Assembly: GCF_002113885.1 (NCBI RefSeq)
Contig: NW_018404728.1
Coordinates: forward strand, 147,539 to 211,538
Direction of reading: 5' to 3'
Length of the DNA: 64,000 nucleotides
From: Mizuhopecten yessoensis
Taxonomy: Eukaryota
Translations under genes and position numbers: made by a program
Notes under the pieces: model-generated
What the model saw: the letters and a program-made list of their open reading frames with translations, nothing else
What the model was told of the DNA's origin: nothing
The model's database searches: none
Shown: piece after piece, positions 52,145 through 64,000 of the stretch
How the letters are laid out: each line of letters starts with the position of its first letter
Numbering within the stretch: the first letter of the stretch is position 1

Positions 52145-53804
52145 ACATAGTAAGCGTCGCCTGAGCTGTTTTGTTGTTTTTATCTGAGTTATAAACTAAC
52201 TTTTTGTTATTTGACACTAGCATTACCTAACTGCAAATATGTGGTTGATAGTTTCAGTGTGCAATTCCACCGGATAACATAAAGACCTGGAACGCAGTAA
52301 TTGATAATGACAACATGAAAGTGTTTGAGTGCTCAAAGTAGGAAACAAAATGAAATATTTGTAACTTTTAGATGTATATCTGCTTTCCATACCCAACATT
52401 TTTAAGAAACATATCAATTCATACACAAAACAACTCATACTGTCGAAGTAGATGTATAAAGTGTCGTAATGACATGTATTAGTCACTGAAAGTTTACTTA
52501 AGTTGGTATCTATTTCTCAACATAAACAAAAATATCGTTAGATGATTCACCGTGTCACACGCTACAAACTGACAAGGTCGCAAATCACTGGACCGTGAAC
52601 GTATTGTTTTCATCATATGCATTTCCCTCTATTTGTCAAGAAACACGCGATACACAATACACGCTAAGCCTTCATAGCAAATAAGCGATAAGAAGTTTTG
52701 TTGCATACAAAAAAGTGAATGCATTACATTAACATTTGAGACTAAGAAAATAGCATAACATAGATTGAACAGAACCATGAAGAATATGGAAGTCAATATC
52801 ACTGATCTCGCACCTGCATTATTAGATGTGAAATAGTTTGCTTCTGTCCAAATACACGCCATGGGTGACCCTTATCCAACAGAAATGAGTTTAACACAAG
52901 TTATAATTATTCTAACACCGATATCGTAATAAAGACATGGAAAATCTCTTTGGCTGGATTTCAAAATGTTGTTTACGTCCTCTGGCATTTCCAAAGGTAT
53001 CTCGTTGATTCGACTACGCATGACATGGTGTTCAGATTAGTTAGTGACTCTGACCTTTGACTTTCATGTCTCTATGCTCAGATAATAATATCTGTGTTCG
53101 TGATTGGTTGTATCCACCGATACATACTCACTGGTAACTACCAACGGATTGATGTTCGTTTCTATATTAGCAAACCATTTACGATAAAACGTGCACAGAT
53201 CGGCCACTGACGAATTACTCCTCCTACCCGTCTATACTTCGAATCATGTATGTAGTACAGAAAATGTTCGCATTCAACATAGCAAAACTCAATATACAGA
53301 GCGAGGGACTGTATGCATACTGGAAATAATTGTCAATTAAAACTTAAAGTGAAGCTGTTTTTAACAATAATTCTCTGTTTATTTTTTTTTTACAAAATAA
53401 AGCATTAAGATATGGACTGATAATGAGATGTAATTGACAATATCGTGAACATGTACCCGGTAACATGTTATCAGCCCATGTATCTAACAAGGGACTTTAG
53501 TGCAGTGTAGCGAATGTGAGTGCAGTGTAGCGAATGTGGAAGATCACTGCTATGCCGTGCCACCAGAGACAGAAACTTTCCATATATGAAATCCTTACCT
53601 CTTACGATAATTGTGCAAATTATAATGATTCATCCAATGTTCCCTAATGCTACTTATAATCTGTAGTGAGTCAACCAATTATATTTTTGATGTAAAGAGT
53701 AAACTGAGTATGCTATCTTATTTAAAATACGAAAAAATGGTACTTCAAAAATATGTTTTGTCTTTCTTCTGCAACAAATTTATGGGGTTAACTTTAATCA
53801 GCTT

Positions 53805-53875
53805 GTCAGTCAGTCAATCTGTCTGTCTGTCTGTTTGAAGTCTGAATCTTGTCCTGTATATATAGTAAACTCATA

Positions 53876-53920
<45 letters not shown>

Positions 53921-54085
53921 TTGAAGTCTGAATCTTGTCCTGTATATATATAGTAAACTCATATATGTCTGTCTGTCAGTTTGTAGTCTGAATCTTGTCC
54001 TGTATATATAGTAAACTTATATCTGTCTGTCTGTCTGTCTGTTTTGTAGTCTGAATCTTGTCCTATATATATATAGTAAACTCAT
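53805..54085. repeat. Compound repeat: (TCTG)n plus a ~40-bp constant block, 4 copies
   Basis: AGTCTGAATCTTGTCCTGTATATATAGTAAACTCAT separated by variable-length TCTG runs. Confidence 0.9.
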
Positions 54086-55202
54086 TCCATTAAAGCGGGC
54101 GTGCTTGTTGAAGATTGTATAGGGCGAGGTAGCTGTTACTGTATAGATCGATTAATATTATCTATTCATGTTAACTAACCTGCTTGAACTGATATGTGCA
54201 TTTAGGCTTACTTGTTATAGTGATAGATAGTTCTATGTTGATATCATCTAATTGGTGTGTTTTAAAACTATTACGACCTTGTCTGCGATGTGCGCATTGA
54301 AGTACTACATTGGGAGCGTATAGTTGTCCAGCTACAGATCATTAACTGTTGCTCAAACGTTCAGTGAAAACATTTAATAACTCGTAAATTGTTTGTAAAA
54401 TAAAAAACGTTATGGTTCTTAAATATTTCATATAAAGTAAAGATAACGACATTCAAAGCAATCACTTATTGTAAAAATAGTTTATTGTCATAGTAACCAA
54501 ACCAAACTTCTTTTTGCATGCTGTTATCTATTTCGGTTGTATTGGAATTATGACGAATGTAAAAAAAGATAAGATGTTTTGTTTCCTAAAATATATAGTC
54601 CTACAATGTGATTTCTCAAATACACACAAATATATGTGTTGCCAAAAGAGGAAATTCATGTAAGCTTCATGTGCGTTAAGGGTTTAAAGGGAAAAAGAGC
54701 AAATTACCCAACAATCTATATAATTTGTGATAATTGGTTTAACATTTTGGATATCTATCTGTTTACATATATATACACGTATGACATTGCTGTTTGGGTG
54801 TTTCAGCAGCATGATGATGATATGTATCAGAGATTTTCAAATGTATGCAAATTGAGCTCACAACGTTTTTCCATTCATGAAAACTTAACCTTAGCCACAG
54901 TGAATAGCTCCATTAGTAATACAGCTAAAAATGAAATAAGACCAGGTCGAAAAATTAAACTCTTATTTTATAAACAGACCATTTGTTACCTGGTGGAATA
55001 CCTATAGATAAATAAAAGATAAAGTCGTTACTTTATAGCCAGGTTTTTAAGGAGATCGATTGCTTCCATTGACCTTATTGATAGACATGTATAACATAAT
55101 TAATCCGATACGGTAGATAATTAATACTATAAGATAAAATCTCTGTTCCTTCAGCTTTAGTCATCATTTTCTATATTCTTAAATATCGCTGCTGTTCATG
55201 GT

Positions 55203-55348
55203 TCAAATTCAAATTGTTTTATTACTTTTGGCCTTACGGCCCATAAGTTCACATGCATAAATCAAGTATATTGCACAAAATCAAATTCAAATTATTTTAT
55301 TACTATGGGCCGTAAGGCCTAAAGTAATACAATAATTTGAATTTGAAT
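55203..55348. repeat. Nested inverted/direct repeat
   Basis: TTCAAATTCAAATT...TATTACTTTTGGCCTTACGGCCCATA (55203-55244) is inverted at ~55305-55348, with a partial direct copy at ~55281-55304. Confidence 0.75.
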
Positions 55349-55696
55349 TTCACATACATAATACAATTTTTAACAATAACATGGGATATTATGAAGGTTG
55401 GGATAGCTATACCTTTACAACATATATGAACATATGTATTTAATAGTGGAGATGTTATATTCCAGGCACAAACTTATAAGGTTCCTAGGCGGGTAGACGA
55501 GGCCGGTGTATGCATGTTTAATGGTCACCGTCCTCATCTCATTTACATATATCCCGTTTATTTATGACTGTCGATGTTTATTTATTATATTCACTTTCAC
55601 TTATATTCCTAGCATCGAGGACTTGACATGACTTAGGGTTATACTAGATCTACCCTGTTAAAATCTCTGATAGTCCAATTAGTCTTCTAATCTGTA

Positions 55697-55701
<5 letters not shown>

Positions 55702-55737
<36 letters not shown>
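55702..55737. repeat. (TA)n microsatellite
   Basis: Perfect TA run. Confidence 0.95.
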
Positions 55738-58700
55738 CTAGCTTATTGGTTCGGCCTGCCCTACATTGTATCTACCTAAACTTAATGTATTAAATCTTCA
55801 ATTTACATGCAGTATATGTTTGAAATGTATGTCTTTCTATATGGAAAGGGCTTTTATAGGCAATGCCTGTTCCCAATCCAATTGTTAATTGCAACAATAA
55901 AACATTTTGAAATGAATATTACTTTGGAAAGTAAGGAAGAAACTAAAAAAATATTCAGTAAGCCGATATAGAAAGCAACAATGTAATTATTTACTGTACT
56001 ATATGACCGTCATATGTACAAAGCCATTAAATCTTGTATGAAGTTGCACATTTACAAATTTCTGACTACAATGGTAATATATTTTTTCATAGTATTTCAT
56101 GCAAATGAAGTCAGAATAAATTTAATTCACTGTTACCATCATCATCATCAGATAAATGTGGTCCGTATGTACATTAATTAAACCTGTGATGTAATAAATC
56201 ACCAGAAAATGCAGTAAGGAAACACCTATCAATGTATTTATTAGTTGATATAGAACGCCAAACATAATATTCTTAACTAGATGTTTAATTGTTGCATGTC
56301 TTGGTCTGTTGGTCAATGGTATCCCAACACAGAATCGTACACGGACAATCGGTCTGTTCTGGCCTCCAGTCCGTGTCAGACGATCAGATGATATTATGAC
56401 ATTCCTTTTTAAACGATAGCAGTAATTTATAGATTCATTGTCCCTACTACATCTCACAATGCCACAGTTAAATGTTAAAAAACAAAACGTTGATAGATAT
56501 GTACATTAACATGATGAGTATGTACTGTTAATGGTTGTTAGAAGAAGGCTTGTATAGGCTATGCCTGTTGCCGAATTCCGATTGTACTTAAAAGATCTAT
56601 ACAATAAAATATTCGGAAATGAGAAAGCCAAACATAGCAAACTGTTACTGCACCATATGACCATATCGTCTGTTTAGAACTCAAATCCAACAAAAAACAT
56701 ACCTATATCTATAAGAGTCGGAAACATGTAACGGAATACAACGAATTACCTTTAAAGTCGTCAAAATGTAAAGAGCACCTTGAGAGTCCTATTACCACAA
56801 AGGTTATGCGAGTGAGGCACGCCTATAATATAATTACATTTTTTATAAAAGAATCAAACAGTACGCTATGAACCTTTATGTGAAAAGTACATGTATATGC
56901 AATTACCAACGCATTTGACAAAATAAAAATAAAACAAACTATCCCTACTTTTCCTCCTCTTCATTTATTGCACAATTAAACATTGTATCAAAACTATAAA
57001 ATCAATATGTGGTTCTCCCTTTGACAATTACATGAGAGGTATCAATAGCGTTACAAAGGTTGACCAGCTGTTTAAACAGTATTGAAGAACTTGCAAGTCA
57101 CGGAAGTAAATGTCGTACGCAGCGTAATGAAACATGGATTAGGGGATTAAAGGATTAGCAAAATAGCATATGTGATCTTAATACAATAACACCTCCCACC
57201 AGCATAACTAAGTTTACACCGATTTGTTCACGATGATCGTACGACTAGTTACGAACACTCGTAGGCATCCAAAATAATAAACGTTCAAAATGAAATTTAA
57301 CATGCCTCAATAATATTCGTTGAAATGTACATTACTAATAAATAGATGGCCAAAATAATGTACTTGCCCCTGTTTAAAAAAATGGTTTGCTCATAGAATC
57401 GCTAAAGTGTCGATTTACAGTCCTTGACTATACTATGTAATATCAGAATAAATGTTGTAAAATAAGATCGCCAACGGTGACATATGAGACACACAAATTG
57501 TTTGTTCATTTGTTTTTCTATTAAAAATAGAATTCTCTTAAATGCATGAATAGTGTACGCTTAATGACCTATTTAATTCTACCACTTTTAAATTATTCAT
57601 TTCGATAAAACATTCTACAAGACGCAGGGAAATTAAAACGTCACCATTTGCAGGCTCTTAGCATGCAAATTGTTTGATGAAAATCGCGAATTTCAAAAGT
57701 GCCTTTGACGACCACGAACAATCAATTGTCTTAACAAGATGACGTGTCCTTTCACGGTGAGTTATGCTTATTTATGGCGTCATTTGACGTTTAACATAAA
57801 AATAAAAATAAATGATTAGTACATCCAAAACAGCCTTGGTATAAGTGGTTTGGATATAATGTTTAACATAAACGCCCTATACCGCTTAAAGTGCTAATAC
57901 AATGGCAACCGTAATGTTTTTTTAAAAAGAATATAGCCTTTCTAGTTCTAACGAAACTTAGGTCATTATACCATAATGACAATACCTCAATGTGTTTGAG
58001 ATTATCTAATGAATTCAGTACTTATTGTCCAGCAATATTACCTTATTCATGTTTTCCCATATTAAGGAAAGTCCACATAAAGGCTAAATGTTCATATTTA
58101 GGTAATACATTGTTTAAGAATGCCCAAATGTGAACAATCACATATTAAGAAAAAAATATATTTACGTAATACTTTAAGTAAGAATCGCAATATAAATGTA
58201 ATATCTAATGAAAAAATATCCACATTTTGCTGCTCAATAGTAAGACATACACATAGTAGGCCTGACAATGTATAAATACGAAAGAAAATGTTTATTCATC
58301 GACATGCTATAAATCATTTCAATCATGCAATTTATTTCTATTTGATTCTAAGTTAAATTACAACTTTTTCTATACATCTTCATTACTCTGTTTGACATCC
58401 AATTTCGATAAAAGTTAATATCCTGTTACTGAAGCATACCTTATTCCTGACGGTTACATGTCTATAATTATTATATGGGTCTCTAAATGAGATTTCATAT
58501 TTCATGTCCACATAACAATTATTGTCGACGTAATTCCAATAGGACATTATTTTAGATCATGCCGAAAAAATGTTTGAATCAATGAATTTGTGACAGTTAC
58601 AAATCTAAGGAATAGTCTGTCATATAAATATCGCCAATTGAAGCGCTTGTTTATTCACTAGCGTTGTACCAAAATCAAAATATGACGAAAAAACAGAGTC

Positions 58701-61700
58701 ATACACAGCAAATAAGCCACTCTACGAAACGATGAGTGTGAAAATAACCTCTGCAGATTCAGAGAAGGAGTAGGCCTGTTGTAGCCCGCTGCATGATCAT
58801 GAGAAGCAATTAACGCTGCCCCCGTCCTTCAGAATCGGGGTTGGTTTCTTCCGTGTCTCCTGTTAATATACCTGCTATATTTCACTGTATGTGTATCGTA
58901 AGGGGAGGTAAATGAGGGACCCCCTGAAGTATCGATGATTTTGTTCCTTGTTTTCTACTAAGAGGAAATTAAGAAACCAATATTGATCAGTTCTATCATC
59001 TTTAATTCTGCGCCCATCTTTTCTACTGATCCTATGTATATACTTTCTCTTTACAGCAATGTTTCCCCAGGCACTCTTCATCATATGATTTATTAGTAAG
59101 CTGTTGCGAGGACGTTAAACCACGATAAAAAAGTAATGAGAAAATAAAATAATGTGACAGACTTATGACATATTATTATATGTACATCCCTGTCAAAATA
59201 GATTTAGTACCTTTATTCCTAATTGTATCCATACAATACTCACTAGAATTTATAACAGTTCATTAACCTATATCGACGCTGCGGTATTTTTATGACTTAT
59301 TTACTCGATCATAAATACCGTGTCAGCTATATGAGAGATACACGGACGAAAAGTTTAAACTCACAAACCGTAGTATTACATTGCGGTTTGTTATTTTCAT
59401 CACGAGTTACACAGAAAAAATATATGGAACACTAACAAGCAACTATCGTTTGATGTGATGGCACCTCAATGTTCCCTTTGGTTGTTCTCCTAATCCACTG
59501 TTGAAAGAACGTTAAATCCCTAACAAATCAATCCTCCTGATCAATGTAGACTGTCGTGTAAGAAATTCTAACCAATATCGTTTAAACATATTCCTGACAT
59601 GAATTATTAACATAAGTTATCTTATTGCCACACAACTAAATATATCCCCGTAGCATTAGTATTATCTACATTGTAAAACATATACCAAGTCTCCTTTTTA
59701 GTCACTTATCCTAGAGGCTGCCCGTATTCAACAAACAGAAAGACTTTTTTTCATATATATATACATATTTATTTTTAATTTAAAAAACCACAGTGAATGC
59801 ATCTTTAATTGTCAGAAAAATATATATCACTATACATATATAAATATTTAATACTGATCAACTGCTGACTCACTGCAGCCTATTGTCCTGTTAAGCCGTG
59901 TATTAACCTGTAATGACTTAATATGTAAAGAATTGTAATCAAACACCGACTATTCTTATATTGATCCATATGGGGTCGCCTTTATTACAAGGGATATGCC
60001 GATACACATTGTACCTAGTTATGTAGACGGAGTTGGCTACAGTCGTACCAGGCACAAGAGTTATTGATTAAATAGGCATTAAGAGGTGAAATCACGAGAC
60101 ATGTATAACCTCTATTGTTAATGGTGACAAAGGGAAATATAAAATGTTTTTACATTACACGGCTTTCGTATTTACTGCAATACATATATTTTTGTATCTG
60201 TTTTGTTAGGGAGGTTCTTCCACATCCCAGTATTACGTATTCAAGGTTCAGTACCCATATTAATACAAAATTCACTCATTTACAATATTGCGGTTAACGT
60301 TTATTCAATTTTTTTATATATCATTAATGCCTTTTTAAGTAGGATTTAATGAGGTTTTAAACACAATTTCTTTTCAAACACCTGCATCCTGGATATTACA
60401 TTTTTATCGGTGAACTATCATCCTAATAGAAGAATTACATTGAAAAAATAACAATATCAAGGCTACTTGTGTAAGAGTAGTGATCCTTGTGGATCTCTTG
60501 TAAAAAATGTCTTGTGTCAATTAAACATCTAGTCAGCTGACACATGTTTGTGTCAATCACAGTGTCAACGTCTTGTCGGATATCATTGTTGTGTCAATTA
60601 AGCATCTATTTATAGTGCACATATTGATGCGTCAATCCGTTAATTGACACTTTGCTGTCTCTATCAAGCTCCTAGTCAGTTGCTGACAGTTAACACTCGG
60701 ACTTGTGTTACCTGTGAGCACGAGGATATTAAGTTTCATGGTTCGCACGTTTAATGCGATTCCAAGCCAGATTATGATATTAAAAGAGATTAATATTGAC
60801 GTATATAGCTAACACTATGCTATTAAACAGTGGGTAAAGCGATAATACAATGTCATTTAACTCGCACCTTATGATTTCGGTCTTGTTTGATCGTTGCCGA
60901 TAGATTAAGAAAAAACTATTTGCTTGCACAATGGAATTCTAAATAACAATTTTTAACACGAATTCATGGTTCATAAGTTATCGATCTTGGAATGTCGCCA
61001 GTATATTTCGACACACCATAAGCATTGAAGTACTTATAATAAAATATAAATATGAATATTTATTTTTATTTTTCATTTCCCTTTACTGACGGGATACGTT
61101 TTTCAAGTAAAAGATACTGCAAATAACGTAGTATATTCGATTGTATGACAATGACATCTGGAGATAATAGGGCCGTCCAAGAGATAAATCATAATTACAT
61201 TTTACTACAACATCATAGCCTGAATACGGTAGCATGCTACTCAATCAGGTCACAATATTCTGACAATGGGTTAAAATGTGCATGGGGACACAGAATAGTG
61301 TAAGGGGTAAATATAAAATAAGAAATGAGAAGACATCAGTTTCAGATCAACATCTTTCATTTCAATACATGCAAAAGACAAGTTGAAATACAAGCTCCAA
61401 TTCAATAGCGAATTGAAATTTAGTCGCCCCGACAATCATGCATTTGGATATAGCAGGTAATTTTATGCAGTCCAATATGACTTACGATAGTTGATTAAAC
61501 CTCAACTTATAATAACATCAAAACAAACAAAAAACGTAAGGAAGACAATTTTAAAACCCATTCCTTTAAAGTAATATCTTTCTATAAGTAGAATTTATTA
61601 TTATATCCATACAAATTACATATATTTTATGCCACAGGTGGTTGACACTAACGATTGACCAACAGATTTTGAAGTTGGCCGTAATCTTAGAGTTCATGAT

Positions 61701-63189
61701 ATTACGGCTTAAATAATATTTGTTTTATAAAATAAATTATCTGTTGCTACAAAAAGCTGTAAAAACGTATCGTTGTACAGGGTTTCATACACACCATTTA
61801 CTTTAAAAATGATATCCTGATATACATTGATTATCATTATTATACCATTAGCAGCACTGATGAGTAATAGAAAGGACGAAATGCCCATACGATGCAATAC
61901 ATTTTGATATTTTTGGCTTCTCTGCTGTAACTTACTGAATAGAATTTTTAAGGTACTTCCTTCCTTCGAATGTCTGGTGATTAATGTCTGATGTAGAACA
62001 CTAATTGACGCGTTTAAATGGGAATTTCTTGATTAATGAAAAGTTAATGAAAAAAATGAAAGAAATCTTAATTTGCATTTAAGGAATGAATGATACGGGC
62101 ATAGGGTTATATTGCGGGCAGATCAATGATTCTAAAGTGTATTTTATGGACTTAGGAGCAAATTTGACTTTGATTATCAGATAAATAATCCTATATTGGT
62201 TATTTCAGTATATAGCGGGTAGCTCAGGACTCTGTTACGTAACACTCTACTAGAAAGTCCAAGAAATAACTATGTAGGTTCGGGGAACGAATAGACCTGT
62301 TGTATCATATAGCATTTTTATAAAAGTGTCTGAAAACCTTGGCCCAAGTCAAGAAGGACAGAAAGATCCACCTCTTCACGTTTGCATTTTAGGCTCTTTA
62401 TGTACACACCACGCTTTAGCCATTATGTACACACCACCCTTAATATATTCATCTATATGCATATTGAGAAAATGGTCATCTTACTTAAAGTATATTATAT
62501 TATTAGTAGTATAATTATGCGAGGTAATTGGAATGGAGAAGTTTCAGAATCCAGGGTTTCTTCTCTATAGTGTGATGTGGAGAAGACAGTACAATATAAC
62601 GATATATATTAAAAGCAACAGAAAATCGCGAGCTCTTTCGATTTTGAACAAAAGAAAAGAGTGCATGATAATGTTTAAAGTTTGTCTTAATTAATATTCA
62701 AAACAATTGCTTCTAAATTACACAGATAAATAACATAATATCTTTAAATATCTTAGCCATAGAACATTCCACGATTTATTGATCTGTGTATGTTTTATGT
62801 TATTTCAAATTAATGTAGCTTTTTCCTAGATTATCAACGAAAACCCTAATTTTATCCTATTTGTGGAAAAGATCGACAATTACATTTACCATATTTCTAA
62901 TTAGATGAGCGGCGATGTCGAAGATAAGTGGCAAAATTAGTTTTTACATTAACTAGGGTCTGCTTTTTGTAATAATTGACATTGCTCTGTGCTATATTTG
63001 TAATGATCGTCATTGAGAAAACGATTAATAAATATTTTATTTTATTTTTCTTTGAAAATTACTTCTGTGCATTTAAGTCAGTAAACTCTCGTTGTACTGC
63101 CACAAAAGAAAACTTGGTGTTATAAGGGGTTTGGCGAAAAATTGGGGGAATATATAAAAGATCATATGAAGAAAAATCTAAAGGTATTT

Positions 63190-63410
63190 GGAAATTTCTT
63201 GATATTTCTGAAGAATCCCACACATTTTGAAAATTAACACTTATATGTCTTAAATCTAGCAAGGATTTCGATATTACCTAAGAATCCTACGCATTTTGAA
63301 AATTGCCTTTTATATCTTAAATCTAACAAGGATTTCGAAATTTCTTTAGAATCCTACACATTTTGAAAATTAACATTTATATATCTTAAATCTAACAAAG
63401 CTTTCAAAAT
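63190..63410. repeat. ~70-bp diverged tandem repeat, 3 copies
   Basis: Recurring AGAATCC.AC.CATTTTGAAAATT...TCTTAAATCTA.CAA. Confidence 0.75.
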
Positions 63411-63784
63411 CAGGGTACAGAACGTATATTGATGCATGTTTTGAGTTTACTAGCCCACTAGTGGTTGGTAGAGAAACATAATGTCTGGCTGAAGGTACAG
63501 ACATAACTTACTATCAAATGACCGCGTGGAGACTGAGTTATATATCCAGCCAATGTAATGTATCTCACATTTCCTTCTTTAATAGTTTATGGTTTCTCTT
63601 CAATGTTATACATGTACGTCGACATCACAGGAACATCCATAGCATTCCTGTATCTGGTTTTACAATAATGTACCTAATCTAGGTTTTCTACCTTTGTCAT
63701 ATAGTGCAGTAAAACGTTTACTTTTTTGGCTTCCTGCATATTTTTCAATATGTGCTTCCTCCTTCCTATTTCTAGTTATGATCT

Positions 63785-63955
63785 ATTTCACACGGTGATT
63801 CACTCTGATTGTAGACGTTTACTTGTTGCTGCAGTTTATATCACACGGTGATTCACTCTGATTGTAAACGTTTACTTGTAGCTGTAGTTTATTTCACACG
63901 GTGATTCACTCTGATTGTAGACGTTTATTTCACACGGTGATTCACTCTGATTGTA
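63785..63955. repeat. Tandem repeat, 4 copies
   Basis: Recurring TCACACGGTGATTCACTCTGATTGTA. Confidence 0.85.
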
Positions 63956-64000
63956 CGTCCTTAAATTACCTCAGCTGTTTATAGGACGTTAAACAAAATA

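Overview
AT-rich, repeat-dense eukaryotic genomic DNA with GT-AG spliced genes and one assembly gap (N 18782-18967). The SINE and Helentron-like repeat complement suggests a mollusc, probably a bivalve (inference). Four loci can be reconstructed by hand, most missed by the ORF track. (1) A minus-strand KIAA1328/hinderin orthologue with 7 phase-consistent exons (12951->1481), continuing past the last exon I could trace. (2) A plus-strand carnosine-synthase-like (CARNS1, ATP-grasp) pseudogene (16368-19767) with stops, frameshifts and a dead splice donor. (3) A minus-strand 377-aa secreted E/K/A-rich protein with 15 tandem 11-mers (23916-25049) and a non-coding first exon. (4) A minus-strand, intron-rich YeeE/YedE (TsuA-like sulfur-compound transporter) gene with 9 phase-consistent exons (46654->40802); its first coding exon was not located. 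Roughly a fifth of the window is minisatellite, plus tRNA-SINEs, MITEs and a short LTR containing a tRNA-like sequence. The most unusual structural signal is that, in all three intact genes, an intronic minisatellite is an amplification of the gene's own 5' splice site. The copies that could compete with the real donor have preferentially lost their GT.
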